Of a stretch of DNA of 64,000 bases, positions 10,417 to 19,990 are shown one piece after another. The position numbers and the translations under genes were made by a program. The stretch's first letter is position 1. Each line of letters begins with the position of its first letter. The notes beneath the pieces are model-generated. The model saw only the letters and a list, made by a program, of their open reading frames with translations. It was not told the origin of the DNA and ran no database searches. The DNA is from Candidatus Latescibacterota bacterium. Its GTDB lineage: Bacteria; Latescibacterota; UBA2968. The stretch spans positions 1,856,001 through 1,920,000 of the forward strand of contig OZ240241.1 of the NCBI GenBank assembly GCA_965198115.1, given 5' to 3'.

Positions 10417-11492
10417 ACCCCAACCGCCTGTTCACGACCAGCCAGCTGACTGACCTTCGCCTTTCCGCCTCCGACGATCTCGATCTCACCTTCCTCCTCC
10501 GACTCACGAGGCAAATAGCAAGCCTGACAGGCCGAGTAGGCCTCAACTCCGAGAGTCTTCCTGTGCAGTTCCCGAGCTTCACGGAACGCGCGTCCATTCC
10601 AGATCTCCAGAATCGTGGATTCACGCACGTCTCCCATGACGTGATCTTCATAGAGGTCGTTGTGGCAAAGGCAGGCTTCGCCTTCGGCGGTGATGAACAG
10701 ACGCTGCCACGGGACGTGGCAGACGAAGTTCGGCTTGTAGGTGATCTGCTCGGGATCATCCTCGCCCAGATAATCGACGAGCGCCCCGCTCGCGACCATA
10801 TCCACGAAAGGGCCGTACGCATCGAAGAAGGCTTGGGGATCATCCTTGATCGCGGGCCAGACGCCCTGGATTTTCACGACCGGCTTAGCAGATCCGAGTC
10901 GCTCCTTAATCGCCTTGAACGCCTTGAGTTTCTCGATCAGCTCGTCATACTTCGCCGGGTACCGGATCTCGTTGTAGGTTTCACCGATTCCGTCCGCGCT
11001 GATCGTGATCCAGTCCATCCCGATTCGGACGAACTTCTCGAACAGCTCCGGCGTGAGCTTGGTTGCATTCGTGAGCGTAGAAACCTCCCGGATTCCCACC
11101 TCTTTCGCCAAGCGGGCGGCTTCATAGAACTGTGGATGAAGAGATGGCTCTCCCCTGAGGCTTAGCCGAATCGAGAAGACGCCTCCCTTCCCGGCCTCGT
11201 GCATGATCTTCTCGATCAGATCCCAGTTGAGAAGCTGTGCCGTTACGTCCTTTTTGAACCTTTCCGTAATGGTGTAGCACATGGGGCAGCGAAGGTTGCA
11301 AACAGCCGCGAGTTCCATGTCGATGTGCTCGGGATACCGCCTCGGCCATCCGAACCTAGGGAAGTAGTGCCACCGAAAACGGTTTCCGATGTAACCGAGC
11401 AGGTGGCCTTTTCCACGTTTCAGGTGGAATCGAAAACTGTCCAGCTTCGAGGACAACGTGAGCATGTCCCTGTTTATGCTAAAAGTAGCCAC
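10413..11492 (-). CDS. Radical SAM protein with SPASM/twitch domain
   Basis: CNLRCPMC, GEPSLHP, TNATKL; C-terminal CHVPW...CLC...CQAC. Confidence 0.92.
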   Translation of the reverse strand: MATFSINRDMLTLSSKLDSFRFHLKRGKGHLLGYIGNRFRWHYFPRFGWPRRYPEHIDMELAAVCNLRCPMCYTITERFKKDVTAQLLNWDLIEKIMHEAGKGGVFSIRLSLRGEPSLHPQFYEAARLAKEVGIREVSTLTNATKLTPELFEKFVRIGMDWITISADGIGETYNEIRYPAKYDELIEKLKAFKAIKERLGSAKPVVKIQGVWPAIKDDPQAFFDAYGPFVDMVASGALVDYLGEDDPEQITYKPNFVCHVPWQRLFITAEGEACLCHNDLYEDHVMGDVRESTILEIWNGRAFREARELHRKTLGVEAYSACQACYLPRESEEEGEIEIVGGGKAKVSQLAGREQAVGV

Positions 11493-11495
11493 CCT

Positions 11496-12530
11496 CTACA
11501 CACCTCTTGATAGCAGCTGTTGTCGAACGATGTCCAGAGTCCTCTGACATCCGTCTCCCGGAACGATCTGTTTCCCCGTCCGCGAGTGCCTACTCAGAAC
11601 GCACGGGTCATCCAGCACCTTAATCGAAGATCGAATGACCTCCAGAGAGGTGTTCAGTCCGTTTCCAGCGCAAATGCCAAAACCTCTCCGTTCGAATTCC
11701 TCGCCCTGAAGTCGCTCGTGCTCATCTTCGTAGAGCACGACCGCAGGTGTCCCTACGCACGCCATCTCGTAGAGCGTGTTGCCGCCCGCGGTGATACCCA
11801 TATCGGAATCAAGCAGAAAATCGCTCAGCTCGGGCGGACACACGTGAGGGTGAATGTGTGATCTCGGTCGCGCGAATTCGAGCACCTCATCCCCAAACTC
11901 GAATCCCGGCCCGATAACCACGTCGACTTGGAGCGATTCTTCATCAGACAGTGATTCCAAGACTCTCATCGTAGTCCGTAACCTGTCGACTCCACCCATC
12001 GAAACGACGATCTTTCGCACGCCTGCGTCGAATGCCCGTTCTTCAAGCCGCAATCTTTGAAACCGCTCGTTCAAGCTCAGGAATTCGGCGCCAGCGAAGA
12101 CTTCGGCCGTCGAACCGGGGTAGTCGTGAAAGGAACGAACGATCGAAGTACTGATGATGACGTCCGGGTTAATCGTCCTTCCACCCAGTTCATCGATGCA
12201 CACAACGCAGCCCGCCCAGTTACGCAGCGCCTGAATCTGTTCCTCCGACACCGAGCGAAAGTTCGTCACCGCGATCCTGGCCCCCTCGGCGCATGGATCT
12301 TCGCCCAGGCGACTCAGCACATCGGGCTCCACCGAGCTGAGTGGACGCGCCCAGTCGGCAATCGGCGCCAAATCGGGGTCTACGTGGGCGTATCCTACGG
12401 CTTCCAAGCACGACCACGTGGCTGCTTGAAAAAGGCCGCCCATCTCCACTATATGTCCGGATCCGATCTCGCTAGTGCCCTCAGATAGGAGGACCACGCG
12501 CTGGGACTCGGACACTAAAGATCGTCCCAC
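11496..12530 (-). CDS. PseG/SpsG-family UDP-sugar hydrolase (GT-B fold)
   Basis: IGSGHI, VCIDE, VVSMGGVD, VVIGPGF, ITAGGNTLYEMACVGTP; adjacent to the NeuB-like gene. Confidence 0.8.
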   Translation of the reverse strand: MGRSLVSESQRVVLLSEGTSEIGSGHIVEMGGLFQAATWSCLEAVGYAHVDPDLAPIADWARPLSSVEPDVLSRLGEDPCAEGARIAVTNFRSVSEEQIQALRNWAGCVVCIDELGGRTINPDVIISTSIVRSFHDYPGSTAEVFAGAEFLSLNERFQRLRLEERAFDAGVRKIVVSMGGVDRLRTTMRVLESLSDEESLQVDVVIGPGFEFGDEVLEFARPRSHIHPHVCPPELSDFLLDSDMGITAGGNTLYEMACVGTPAVVLYEDEHERLQGEEFERRGFGICAGNGLNTSLEVIRSSIKVLDDPCVLSRHSRTGKQIVPGDGCQRTLDIVRQQLLSRGV

Positions 12531-13546
12531 GTGATCGGATGGTCCGCCGCGACGTCGCGCCTGAGCGTTCGTCCCAAAGCGATATCCAGGTTCTGCGGAG
12601 CGATACCGTGGCCCGGTCTCTTGATGATCACGTCATCGGCCGACAGGACGTCATCTCTGCTGAGATCTTGAGTGGCGACGAGGCCTTTCCTCGTGTCGGA
12701 TCGCATCTCCGTCTCGGTGGCCGCCGGATTCTTGAATCCGGTACCCAGCATAGACTCCGCCTCCCGTACACTCTCGACGAGGCGTTTCATATCACCCGGA
12801 TCTGCCGAGAAGAAGGCGTCTGGAACATCGAGGTCTCGGCTCAAGACAAAGTGCTTCTCGATCGCCACGGCGCCGAGGGCGACAGCGGCGACCGCGGCCG
12901 TATTCGAACGCGTGTGATCGGACAGACCGACGTGGACGGGAAACGCCCTCGAATACATATCGATCACGCGCAGATCGAGCTGGGACGGGTCTTCGATCGG
13001 GTAATTGGACACGCACTGGAGAACGACTAGGTCCTCGCTCCCCGCTTCGCGATAGGCACGAACGGCGTTGTCCACCTCGGCGAGTGTGGCCATCCCCGTC
13101 GAGAAAATGACCGGCTTTCCAAGCTCACCGACGTGACGAATGAAGGGAAAGTTCGTCAGATCGTCCGACCCGACCTTGTGCACGGACACACCCACACGTT
13201 CCAGCAGGGCTACGTCATCCGGATGACTCGGCGTCGAAAAAGGTACCAGCCCCCGTTCCCTGCAGCGGTCAAAGATGAGACGATGAAGGTCCTCGGAAAT
13301 CTCGTACTGAAGGAATTCCTCGAACTGGTTGACACCGCCTGCTTCGTTCGGGAAGTCCACGTCTCTTGTCGTGATCGTTTCCGCGCGAAACGTCTGGATC
13401 TTCAGCGCGTCCACACCGCATTCAGCTGCAGCGTCGACCGACTCGAGCGCTTCGGCTTCGCTGCTGAAGTTGTAGCCGAGCTCCGCGATCACGAAAACAG
13501 GATGGCCGGGGCCGATGGTCTTTCCTTCGATGTGTATGTCACGCAT
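12515..13546 (-). CDS. Nonulosonate synthase (NeuB/PseI/SpsE family) with C-terminal SAF/antifreeze domain
   Basis: VFVIAELG, KIQTF, KVGSDDLTN, STGMATL, CVSNYP, GLSDHT, IEKHF, KRPGHGIAP. Likely ATG at 13546. Confidence 0.93.
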   Translation of the reverse strand: MRDIHIEGKTIGPGHPVFVIAELGYNFSSEAEALESVDAAAECGVDALKIQTFRAETITTRDVDFPNEAGGVNQFEEFLQYEISEDLHRLIFDRCRERGLVPFSTPSHPDDVALLERVGVSVHKVGSDDLTNFPFIRHVGELGKPVIFSTGMATLAEVDNAVRAYREAGSEDLVVLQCVSNYPIEDPSQLDLRVIDMYSRAFPVHVGLSDHTRSNTAAVAAVALGAVAIEKHFVLSRDLDVPDAFFSADPGDMKRLVESVREAESMLGTGFKNPAATETEMRSDTRKGLVATQDLSRDDVLSADDVIIKRPGHGIAPQNLDIALGRTLRRDVAADHPITWDDL

Positions 13547-14258
13547 GTTCAGAAAATGCGCCGTCCAAAACACACCTGTAGCAGTCATAAACAAGGTTCG
13601 CGTTCGATCCGCTGAACAAGAAATCAAGGGCTGACATGTGTGAGATGAACGGCTCGTTGGTCTGAGGATAGGTCGGATGAATGAAATCGTGATAGACGAC
13701 TCGGATCCCTCTCGTCTTGAAGGCGTCGAAGTCCAGATAGTTCCTTCCGTCAGGTCCTGAGATGTAGACGGACGCCCCCGTCGCGAGGCACAGCCGAAGG
13801 ATGAGATCGCTTCCGCTGCACTCGGGTTTTGCGATCTCCGAGGAGAGTCGCGTTACTGTATCGATTCCCAGCGCGAGTGCGAGTCTCCGTGAAAGTGACA
13901 GGTTCAGGTCGACGAGTCGCTCGTGATGGGTCTCGATGACCTCGGAGATCCACGGGAAACACGTTGCGAAACCGGGTGCCGATCCGTAGTGCGTAGAAAG
14001 CGCCGTCAGGTATTTCCTGCGCCAGTTGCTCTGTTCGTCGATCAGGACCTCGTTAATCCTCTGAGTGTAGCGTCCCTTCGTCTGCACGGGCACGGTGATC
14101 CACTGCGTTCCGTCCCTGGTTCTTATTTTGTTGCGGTTCTCGAAGTAGCGCTTCTTGAACTGCACATCGTCCAGGTGCACGAATAGATCGACCTGGCTCA
14201 TCTTGTTAAAGTATCCGATCCAAGGCGCGTGCTCGGGCTGTTGTATGGCGACGATCAT
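13539..14258 (-). CDS. WbqC-family protein
   Basis: IQQPEHAPWIGYFNKM, DDVQF, NRNKI, WITVPV, YISGPDGRNYL, YPQ...FISHMSALDFLF. Confidence 0.92.
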   Translation of the reverse strand: MIVAIQQPEHAPWIGYFNKMSQVDLFVHLDDVQFKKRYFENRNKIRTRDGTQWITVPVQTKGRYTQRINEVLIDEQSNWRRKYLTALSTHYGSAPGFATCFPWISEVIETHHERLVDLNLSLSRRLALALGIDTVTRLSSEIAKPECSGSDLILRLCLATGASVYISGPDGRNYLDFDAFKTRGIRVVYHDFIHPTYPQTNEPFISHMSALDFLFSGSNANLVYDCYRCVLDGAFSEHA

Positions 14259-14278
14259 TGAGGGTCTTAGTAGGTTGT

Positions 14279-15232
14279 TTAGAGCCCGCTCCGAATATGG
14301 TCCGCTCCCTTTTCCTCTTCCTCCTGCCTCTGAGCCCGCTCTCTGTACCAGTCAATGTACCGACGGACCCCCTCTTCGAAAATCGTCTGCGGGACCCAGC
14401 CCAGCTCCTGCTTCGCACGCTCGCTGGAGATCTCCTTGCCCGAGAAATCCCCGGGCCGGGCTGGGACGTGTTCGATCTCCACGTTGCCGAGAATCTTCTT
14501 GATGGTTTCCGCTATCTGTAGAATGGAAACCTTCTCGGAGCCGTCGAGATTGTATATGCGGTGCTTCTCAGTGCATTTCAGCGCCTTGACGTTCCCGAGC
14601 GCCAGGTCCTCGACGTAGACGAACTTGCGGAACTGAAGACCGTCACCCGCAATCGTCAGGGGTTCGCCGTTCAGGGCTTTGTTGACGAAGATCGGAACGA
14701 CAGCGCCGTCGCGGGCTCGCGGGCCGTAGGGAATCCCATAGCGAAGCACTGTGGTCTTGATGTCATACAGTTCCGCATAGCTTTTGGAGTAGTACTCGCC
14801 GACGATCTTGGTTGCCGTATAAAGATGTGATGGAGAGTGCAGTGGAGTCGATTCATCCACGTCACTGCTGTCTGCCTCGCTATATACCCACGTTGTACTG
14901 CCGTAGATAACCTGGCGAATGTCCGTCCGCCGCGCCGCCTCGAGCACATTGATGGTCCCGCGGACGTTGATCTCCTCCGAGTAGTGCGGCGCTTCGAAGA
15001 CATCCTTGACGTCCGCGATCGCCGCAAGGTGAAACACGGCATAGACGCCTGACATGGCGCCGATCAGAGCCTGGAGATCGAGAATGCTGCCAGGCACATA
15101 CTCGACGTCGGGTCGCTTCAGATACGTGTTATGAGTAAGGTCGAAAACCCGTACTTCGATTTCGTTGTCTCGTAACTTGTCGACAACGTGGGACCCGATG
15201 AATCCCAGTCCCCCCGTAACCAGAACCTTCAC
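14279..15232 (-). CDS. NAD-dependent nucleotide-sugar epimerase/dehydratase
   Basis: VLVTGGLGFIG, HLAA, YTATK, LRYGIPYGPR. Likely GTG start at 15232 with GAGG RBS. Confidence 0.9.
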   Translation of the reverse strand: MKVLVTGGLGFIGSHVVDKLRDNEIEVRVFDLTHNTYLKRPDVEYVPGSILDLQALIGAMSGVYAVFHLAAIADVKDVFEAPHYSEEINVRGTINVLEAARRTDIRQVIYGSTTWVYSEADSSDVDESTPLHSPSHLYTATKIVGEYYSKSYAELYDIKTTVLRYGIPYGPRARDGAVVPIFVNKALNGEPLTIAGDGLQFRKFVYVEDLALGNVKALKCTEKHRIYNLDGSEKVSILQIAETIKKILGNVEIEHVPARPGDFSGKEISSERAKQELGWVPQTIFEEGVRRYIDWYRERAQRQEEEEKGADHIRSGL

Positions 15233-15251
15233 TGTCCCTCCTCGATCTTCG

Positions 15252-16271
15252 TTATTCCGCGCCGTGGTAGTAGAGCGGCACGCACCAGTGGTTCTCGGCG
15301 AGCCAGTCCGTGTTCGGCAGCACCGTGTCGTGACCCAGAATGCGATGGCAGGGCTGGCCATAGACCTTGCCCGTCGACTTCTCGATGGGGTCGAACGTGA
15401 TGTACTTGTATAAACCCGACGTCATCCCGTCGGGAAGCACCAGTCTGCCCGGATGCGCGTGGTCCAGTTCGCTCCGCGCGTAGTCGTTCTTCCATCGTAC
15501 GATCTCCTCCATCCGCTCCGCCTGGACCACGCCGACGGCCGCCGTGATCTCGCTCATGCGGAAGTTCAGGCCGGTCACTTCGTGCTCGAACTTCCCGTAA
15601 TTCCTGAACTTGCGGGCATAGGCCTCGAGCTCGCTGTCCCCTGTCACCAGCATGCCGCCTTCGCCTGTGGAGACCGTCTTCGTGGCGTAGAAGGAGTACA
15701 CGCCGGCATCCCCCCACGTCCCGGGCTTCTTGCCGTTCCAGTCGGCGCCGTGGGCGTGGGCGCAGTCCTCGAGCAGCCTGATATCATTGTCCCTGCAGTA
15801 GGCCGCGATCTTTTCGATCTCGAAGGCGATGTGCCCCCCGATGTGCACGACCCACGCGGCTTTCGGTCTGTGCATCTCTGCTTTCCGAACGAAGTCGTCG
15901 AACGAGACGCACAGGTCGTCCCGGTTACAGTCCACGAAGACGACCTCGCCTCCAGCGCTGAGGACCGCGTTCGGCGTGGCCATAAACGTGTTGGACGGAC
16001 AGAGCACCTTGTGGCCGGTTACTTCGTAGAAACTGAGTGCCGCAAGAGCGCCACCCGCCCAGCTCGAGAAGGCGACGGATGGCAGTCCGTTCCACGCGCC
16101 CCACTGGGCCTCGAATTGCTCAGTCAGCCGTCCCTCGGACCAGCGCTGGGATTCGAACACCTCATCGATCAAACCGTGCACACGGTCGCGATCTCTCTGA
16201 TCGAACCCGATTCTGAACTGGCTGGCATCCACCGCTTGAATCGTCTGAGTCACGTTCCCCTCGCCGTTCAC
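15252..16271 (-). CDS. DegT/DnrJ/EryC1/StrS PLP-dependent sugar aminotransferase
   Basis: EDCAHAHGA, YSFYATKTVSTGEGGM (PLP lysine), GLNFRMSE. Confidence 0.92.
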   Translation of the reverse strand: MNGEGNVTQTIQAVDASQFRIGFDQRDRDRVHGLIDEVFESQRWSEGRLTEQFEAQWGAWNGLPSVAFSSWAGGALAALSFYEVTGHKVLCPSNTFMATPNAVLSAGGEVVFVDCNRDDLCVSFDDFVRKAEMHRPKAAWVVHIGGHIAFEIEKIAAYCRDNDIRLLEDCAHAHGADWNGKKPGTWGDAGVYSFYATKTVSTGEGGMLVTGDSELEAYARKFRNYGKFEHEVTGLNFRMSEITAAVGVVQAERMEEIVRWKNDYARSELDHAHPGRLVLPDGMTSGLYKYITFDPIEKSTGKVYGQPCHRILGHDTVLPNTDWLAENHWCVPLYYHGAE

Positions 16272-16888
16272 GAAAGCTTCCAGATCAGCCGTTCCTCAAC
16301 GCCGACATCGATCAGTTGGTGCTCGGAATCGTCGAGGTTTTCCAGGTCCGTGATGAGCACCGCATCGAATTCCAGTCCGGAGAGCTGCGCCTTCCGTCGG
16401 ACTGGAAGCCCGAAGCAGTCCTGGCCGTCTGTCTTGTCGTCGACCACCCCAACCAGGCGAATGTCCGCCAGCTCGGATTCCACGCCCACCAGAATGCGGA
16501 CGATGTCGCTTGCTCCATAGAGCAACACATTCCGTACACCGTCGGCCGCCATGCTTCGGATGCAGTCGCGGAGCTTCGACTCGACACGCGAATAGAAGTC
16601 TAACGTGAATCGCAGGAAGCCGTACGTCAGCTGCGACTTCATCTTCATCCCCGCGGGCGTGAGGATATACAGATACGCGCGCTTGTCTGGATTCTGGCGC
16701 ACACGCTGAAACTTGACGTAACCCTTTTCCAGGAGCTTGTGCAGGCAGTAGTTGACCTTCTTGAGGTTGAGCCCTGTCTCTTTCGCGAGCTCGCGCTGCG
16801 TCGTGTTCTCGCGATTCTCAAGGGCCTCCATGACGGCGAGCAGGCCGAGGTCGTCTCTTGTCTGAGAGCTTTGTTTGAGGATTTCCAT
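16268..16888 (-). CDS. MarR-family EPS-associated winged-helix regulator with C-terminal Rossmann-like domain
   Basis: TQRELAKETGLNLKKVNYCLHKLLEKGYVK...YLYILTPAG; then VLLYGASD, VGVVDD. Confidence 0.88.
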   Translation of the reverse strand: MEILKQSSQTRDDLGLLAVMEALENRENTTQRELAKETGLNLKKVNYCLHKLLEKGYVKFQRVRQNPDKRAYLYILTPAGMKMKSQLTYGFLRFTLDFYSRVESKLRDCIRSMAADGVRNVLLYGASDIVRILVGVESELADIRLVGVVDDKTDGQDCFGLPVRRKAQLSGLEFDAVLITDLENLDDSEHQLIDVGVEERLIWKLS

Positions 16889-16893
16889 GGGTC

Positions 16894-17835
16894 TCAGGCC
16901 GCGCGCGGGAGAAGGTCGGAAACCGTACGGGCAACACCTTCCTGGACGGACGTCGTAGGCGACCAATCCAACGTCTTCATCGCCAGCGCGTTGTCCAGCA
17001 CACTTCTCGACAGATCTCCGGCCCGAGGGCCGCACTCGTCGGGCTGAACGCCGGGCCTGTCGAGTGCCTGGACGACAAGACTCAGAAGATCCCTCGTCGT
17101 CGTCTCGACGGACGTCGAGATGTTGACCGTGGTACCGTCCCCGGCCGATAAGGCCGCCACGTTGGCATCGGCCACTTCACCAACGTAGACGTAGTCCCGC
17201 GTACACCCTTCATCTCCCGCTGCTCTGGCGCCATAGAGGGTGGGGCGGGATCCACCGAGGATCGCATCGCAGAAAAGCGCCACGACGCCGGCTTCGCCCG
17301 CTGCGCTCTGCCGGGGTCCGTAGACGTTGCTGTATCTCAGGATGGTGTAGGCCAGACCGTGATGGCGCTCGAAGAACTGCACATACGACTCACAGGTCGC
17401 CTTCGAGATCCCATAGGGCGTCGACGGACGGAAAGGTGCGCCCTCTGGGGTCGGGAAAACATCCGCATCCCCGTAGACCGTTCCCCCCGACGAGGCGAAA
17501 ATGACTTTCTCCACACCCGCGGCAACGCTCTGCTGGAGAACGTTTATCGTGCCGGCGATGTTGATGTCGGCGTCCTCGGCGGGATGCCTAACGGAGTAGG
17601 AAACGCTGAGCTGAGCGGCCTGGTGATTCACCAGTTCCGGTTGAAAGTCCAAGAACAGATCACCCAGGTCCGCGGATCTGATGTCCAGTTCGGAGAACCG
17701 GCAACCCGGGTTCACTTTTTCCCGGCGACCGCTGGACAGGTCGTCCACGACGATTACCTCGTGGCCCAGCCTCACGTAGGCGTCGACCACGTGAGACCCG
17801 ATGAAACCCGCGCCACCGGTAACCAAGATCCTCAT
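16894..17835 (-). CDS. UDP-glucose 4-epimerase-like extended SDR
   Basis: ILVTGGAGFIGSH, HQAAQLSV, SSGGTVYG, YGISK, RYSNVYGPRQ, GEAGVV. Confidence 0.9.
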   Translation of the reverse strand: MRILVTGGAGFIGSHVVDAYVRLGHEVIVVDDLSSGRREKVNPGCRFSELDIRSADLGDLFLDFQPELVNHQAAQLSVSYSVRHPAEDADINIAGTINVLQQSVAAGVEKVIFASSGGTVYGDADVFPTPEGAPFRPSTPYGISKATCESYVQFFERHHGLAYTILRYSNVYGPRQSAAGEAGVVALFCDAILGGSRPTLYGARAAGDEGCTRDYVYVGEVADANVAALSAGDGTTVNISTSVETTTRDLLSLVVQALDRPGVQPDECGPRAGDLSRSVLDNALAMKTLDWSPTTSVQEGVARTVSDLLPRAA

Positions 17836-17859
17836 AGACAGGGAACACTCCGATCAGGA

Positions 17860-17901
17860 TGTAATGTTTCCAATGGTAACATTACACAAGCCCTGTGTCA
17901 A
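17860..17901 (-). promoter_or_regulatory. Sigma70-type promoter with overlapping 27-bp palindromic operator
   Basis: Minus strand TTGACA (17901-17896)-N17-TACCAT (17878-17873); dyad TGTAATGTTTCCA-A-TGGTAACATTACA at 17860-17886. Confidence 0.75.
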
Positions 17902-17949
17902 GTGGATGTTACCTTCCGCAACACCAACCGCATGCCGCACGGGACGCGC

Positions 17950-18978
17950 TCACACGCGCTGCGCTACAATGCGCAGGTTTCCGGCCAGACCCAGTCTGCT
18001 TGGCAGCAGGTCCACGAGAACGAAAAATGCCATCAGAACGGGGTTGTTCAGGTTGAATGCGGGGGCCAACCACGATCCCGCACTACTGTCCTGAAGGGCA
18101 TGGTTGATCGACCAAAGCCAGATGATGGGTGCCACGTAGGTTGAGAGCGACAGCACTCGGAAGCCGTGGCTCCTCAGTAGATGTTCGACCGTGGCCTTGT
18201 TCCAAAGGGTCCAGTGTCTCGGAAAGTAGAATCCCGCCCATTGGGGATCGCGAAAGAAACGTCTGTCCCAAGAATCGACATTCGGCGTCTCGATCAGCAG
18301 GTGTCCGCCCAGCCGCATAGCTCGCCAGACCTTCTTCAGTACCTCAGATGGGTCGGCAACGTGCTCGAGGACCTGCAAGATCGTAACGACATCGAATGCG
18401 TCTCGACGCAGATCTGAGTCCTCGATTCGCCCGGGCAGACTGCGGAATCCCTGGGCACGCAGTTTTTCAGTCGCATGGGGCCCGAAGTCATTGCCAACCA
18501 GGTTGCTGGGTGGAACGCCCAGCGAACGGAAGACTTCCAGAGTGAACCCGTCCCCGCAACCGATATCCAGAACGTTCAGCCCCTCCCTCTCGGCGTACCC
18601 TGGAAGGATCCGGCCGATTTTACGTCGATCTCGGTAAGCTCGAAACCGCCGCACGAGTGGATTGCCGGCCTTGCTGAAGCTGTAGGAGTAGTAGTCTGCT
18701 GAGTATAGCTTTTCCAGTGACTCCGCTGTCGGTCGTGGATTCAGGTAGTAGGTGGCGCAATCGCAACACGCTACCATTCTGAATCGCTGTTCCTTCGGAC
18801 ATCCTCCCTCATAGTCCCTTCCGACTGCCACTATTCTGAAGTCCGTGCCTCCACACGCGGGGCACGCTACTTCCTCAACGGCCAGCTTTTTGACCAAGTC
18901 ATTTGACTCAAACGGTTCACTCGCTGTGGGATGATCGCACAAAAGTCGAGTGCTATCGGCCTGATGCTGGACCGGCAT
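17950..18978 (-). CDS. Class I SAM-dependent methyltransferase with N-terminal Cys/Zn motif
   Basis: CPACG...CCDC...YLNPRP, VLDIGCGDG, QVLEHVADP, IETPN, PRH. Start may be TTG 18897. Confidence 0.88.
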   Translation of the reverse strand: MPVQHQADSTRLLCDHPTASEPFESNDLVKKLAVEEVACPACGGTDFRIVAVGRDYEGGCPKEQRFRMVACCDCATYYLNPRPTAESLEKLYSADYYSYSFSKAGNPLVRRFRAYRDRRKIGRILPGYAEREGLNVLDIGCGDGFTLEVFRSLGVPPSNLVGNDFGPHATEKLRAQGFRSLPGRIEDSDLRRDAFDVVTILQVLEHVADPSEVLKKVWRAMRLGGHLLIETPNVDSWDRRFFRDPQWAGFYFPRHWTLWNKATVEHLLRSHGFRVLSLSTYVAPIIWLWSINHALQDSSAGSWLAPAFNLNNPVLMAFFVLVDLLPSRLGLAGNLRIVAQRV

Positions 18979-19939
18979 CTGGGGGAGCCACGCTTATGCC
19001 GAATCCCGGGTTCGAAGAGAGCTGCCAGATCGTATTCACGTACCCATCGACCCACTCGAAAACGCGCCGATCGTAGTAGCCCCGCGACTGAAGCGTACGT
19101 CGCAGCTCCGGCAGCTTGTGAAACGGGATTCCTGGTGTTAGGTGATGCTCGTGGTGGTAGTGGAAACCGACTGGGGCGATCAGAAAACGCTCGAGGAAAC
19201 CGGCTCTGACGCATCTGGTCACCGCTGGAACCTTGACCAATCCGACATCGCAGACATCGCTGCTCGGCTGGTGCTCGACGGCGGTCCGGAGGTTAACGAT
19301 CAGCATACCCACAGCAAAGAGGGGCAAGCCCCACAGAAGGAAGTAGAGATACCAGTAGCCCTGGGACGCACAGAGGGCGAAGACACCGGCGTTCCAGATC
19401 ACGAATCCAACGCACGAGGTGAACGTACGCCTCGGCATCTCTTGCTCAGCGCGCGCTTCGCCGAGCATTCGGTACCGTCTCAGGATTCTTAGCAGAGAGT
19501 CGCCCCCGAGATGGCGTAGAACCTCAGTGAACAAGGTGCCGCCCCTTAGACAGACCCACGCAGCGAGGTCGATCTCGCGATCCGGATCCCCCAGGTATCG
19601 GTGATGTCGTAGATGCTGCCATCGGTATTGCCGAACGGCAAGGCCCAGACTACCAGAGACGGACATATCCGCGATCAGATCGTTCAGCCCTCTGTTTCGT
19701 GTCAGATTGTAGTGAGACGCTTCGTGGTTCCACGACACGAGCCGGTTCTGAACGCAGCCCATGGCGATGAAGCACAGCGCCCAGGCGTAAGGGGACGGCA
19801 CATAGATCGCGACCTGCAGTATAGCGAACACCGCTAACCACGTTGCCACGATGCCACCTACCACACGGATCGGGCTGATTCTGTTCAGGGAATCGAGCTC
19901 ATCCTGCGTGAGCCAGGCGTTGATGTTGCGATCGTTCAC
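18953..19939 (-). CDS. Membrane fatty-acid desaturase family protein
   Basis: Three His boxes HEASH, HLRHH, HHEHH, plus VEH, TM segments and PGIPFHKLP. Confidence 0.88.
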   Translation of the reverse strand: MNDRNINAWLTQDELDSLNRISPIRVVGGIVATWLAVFAILQVAIYVPSPYAWALCFIAMGCVQNRLVSWNHEASHYNLTRNRGLNDLIADMSVSGSLGLAVRQYRWQHLRHHRYLGDPDREIDLAAWVCLRGGTLFTEVLRHLGGDSLLRILRRYRMLGEARAEQEMPRRTFTSCVGFVIWNAGVFALCASQGYWYLYFLLWGLPLFAVGMLIVNLRTAVEHQPSSDVCDVGLVKVPAVTRCVRAGFLERFLIAPVGFHYHHEHHLTPGIPFHKLPELRRTLQSRGYYDRRVFEWVDGYVNTIWQLSSNPGFGISVAPPDAGPASGR

Positions 19940-19990
19940 GACCGAGTCACTCCCACGCCGTTTTCATCTGGCAACCGACACTACCACACC

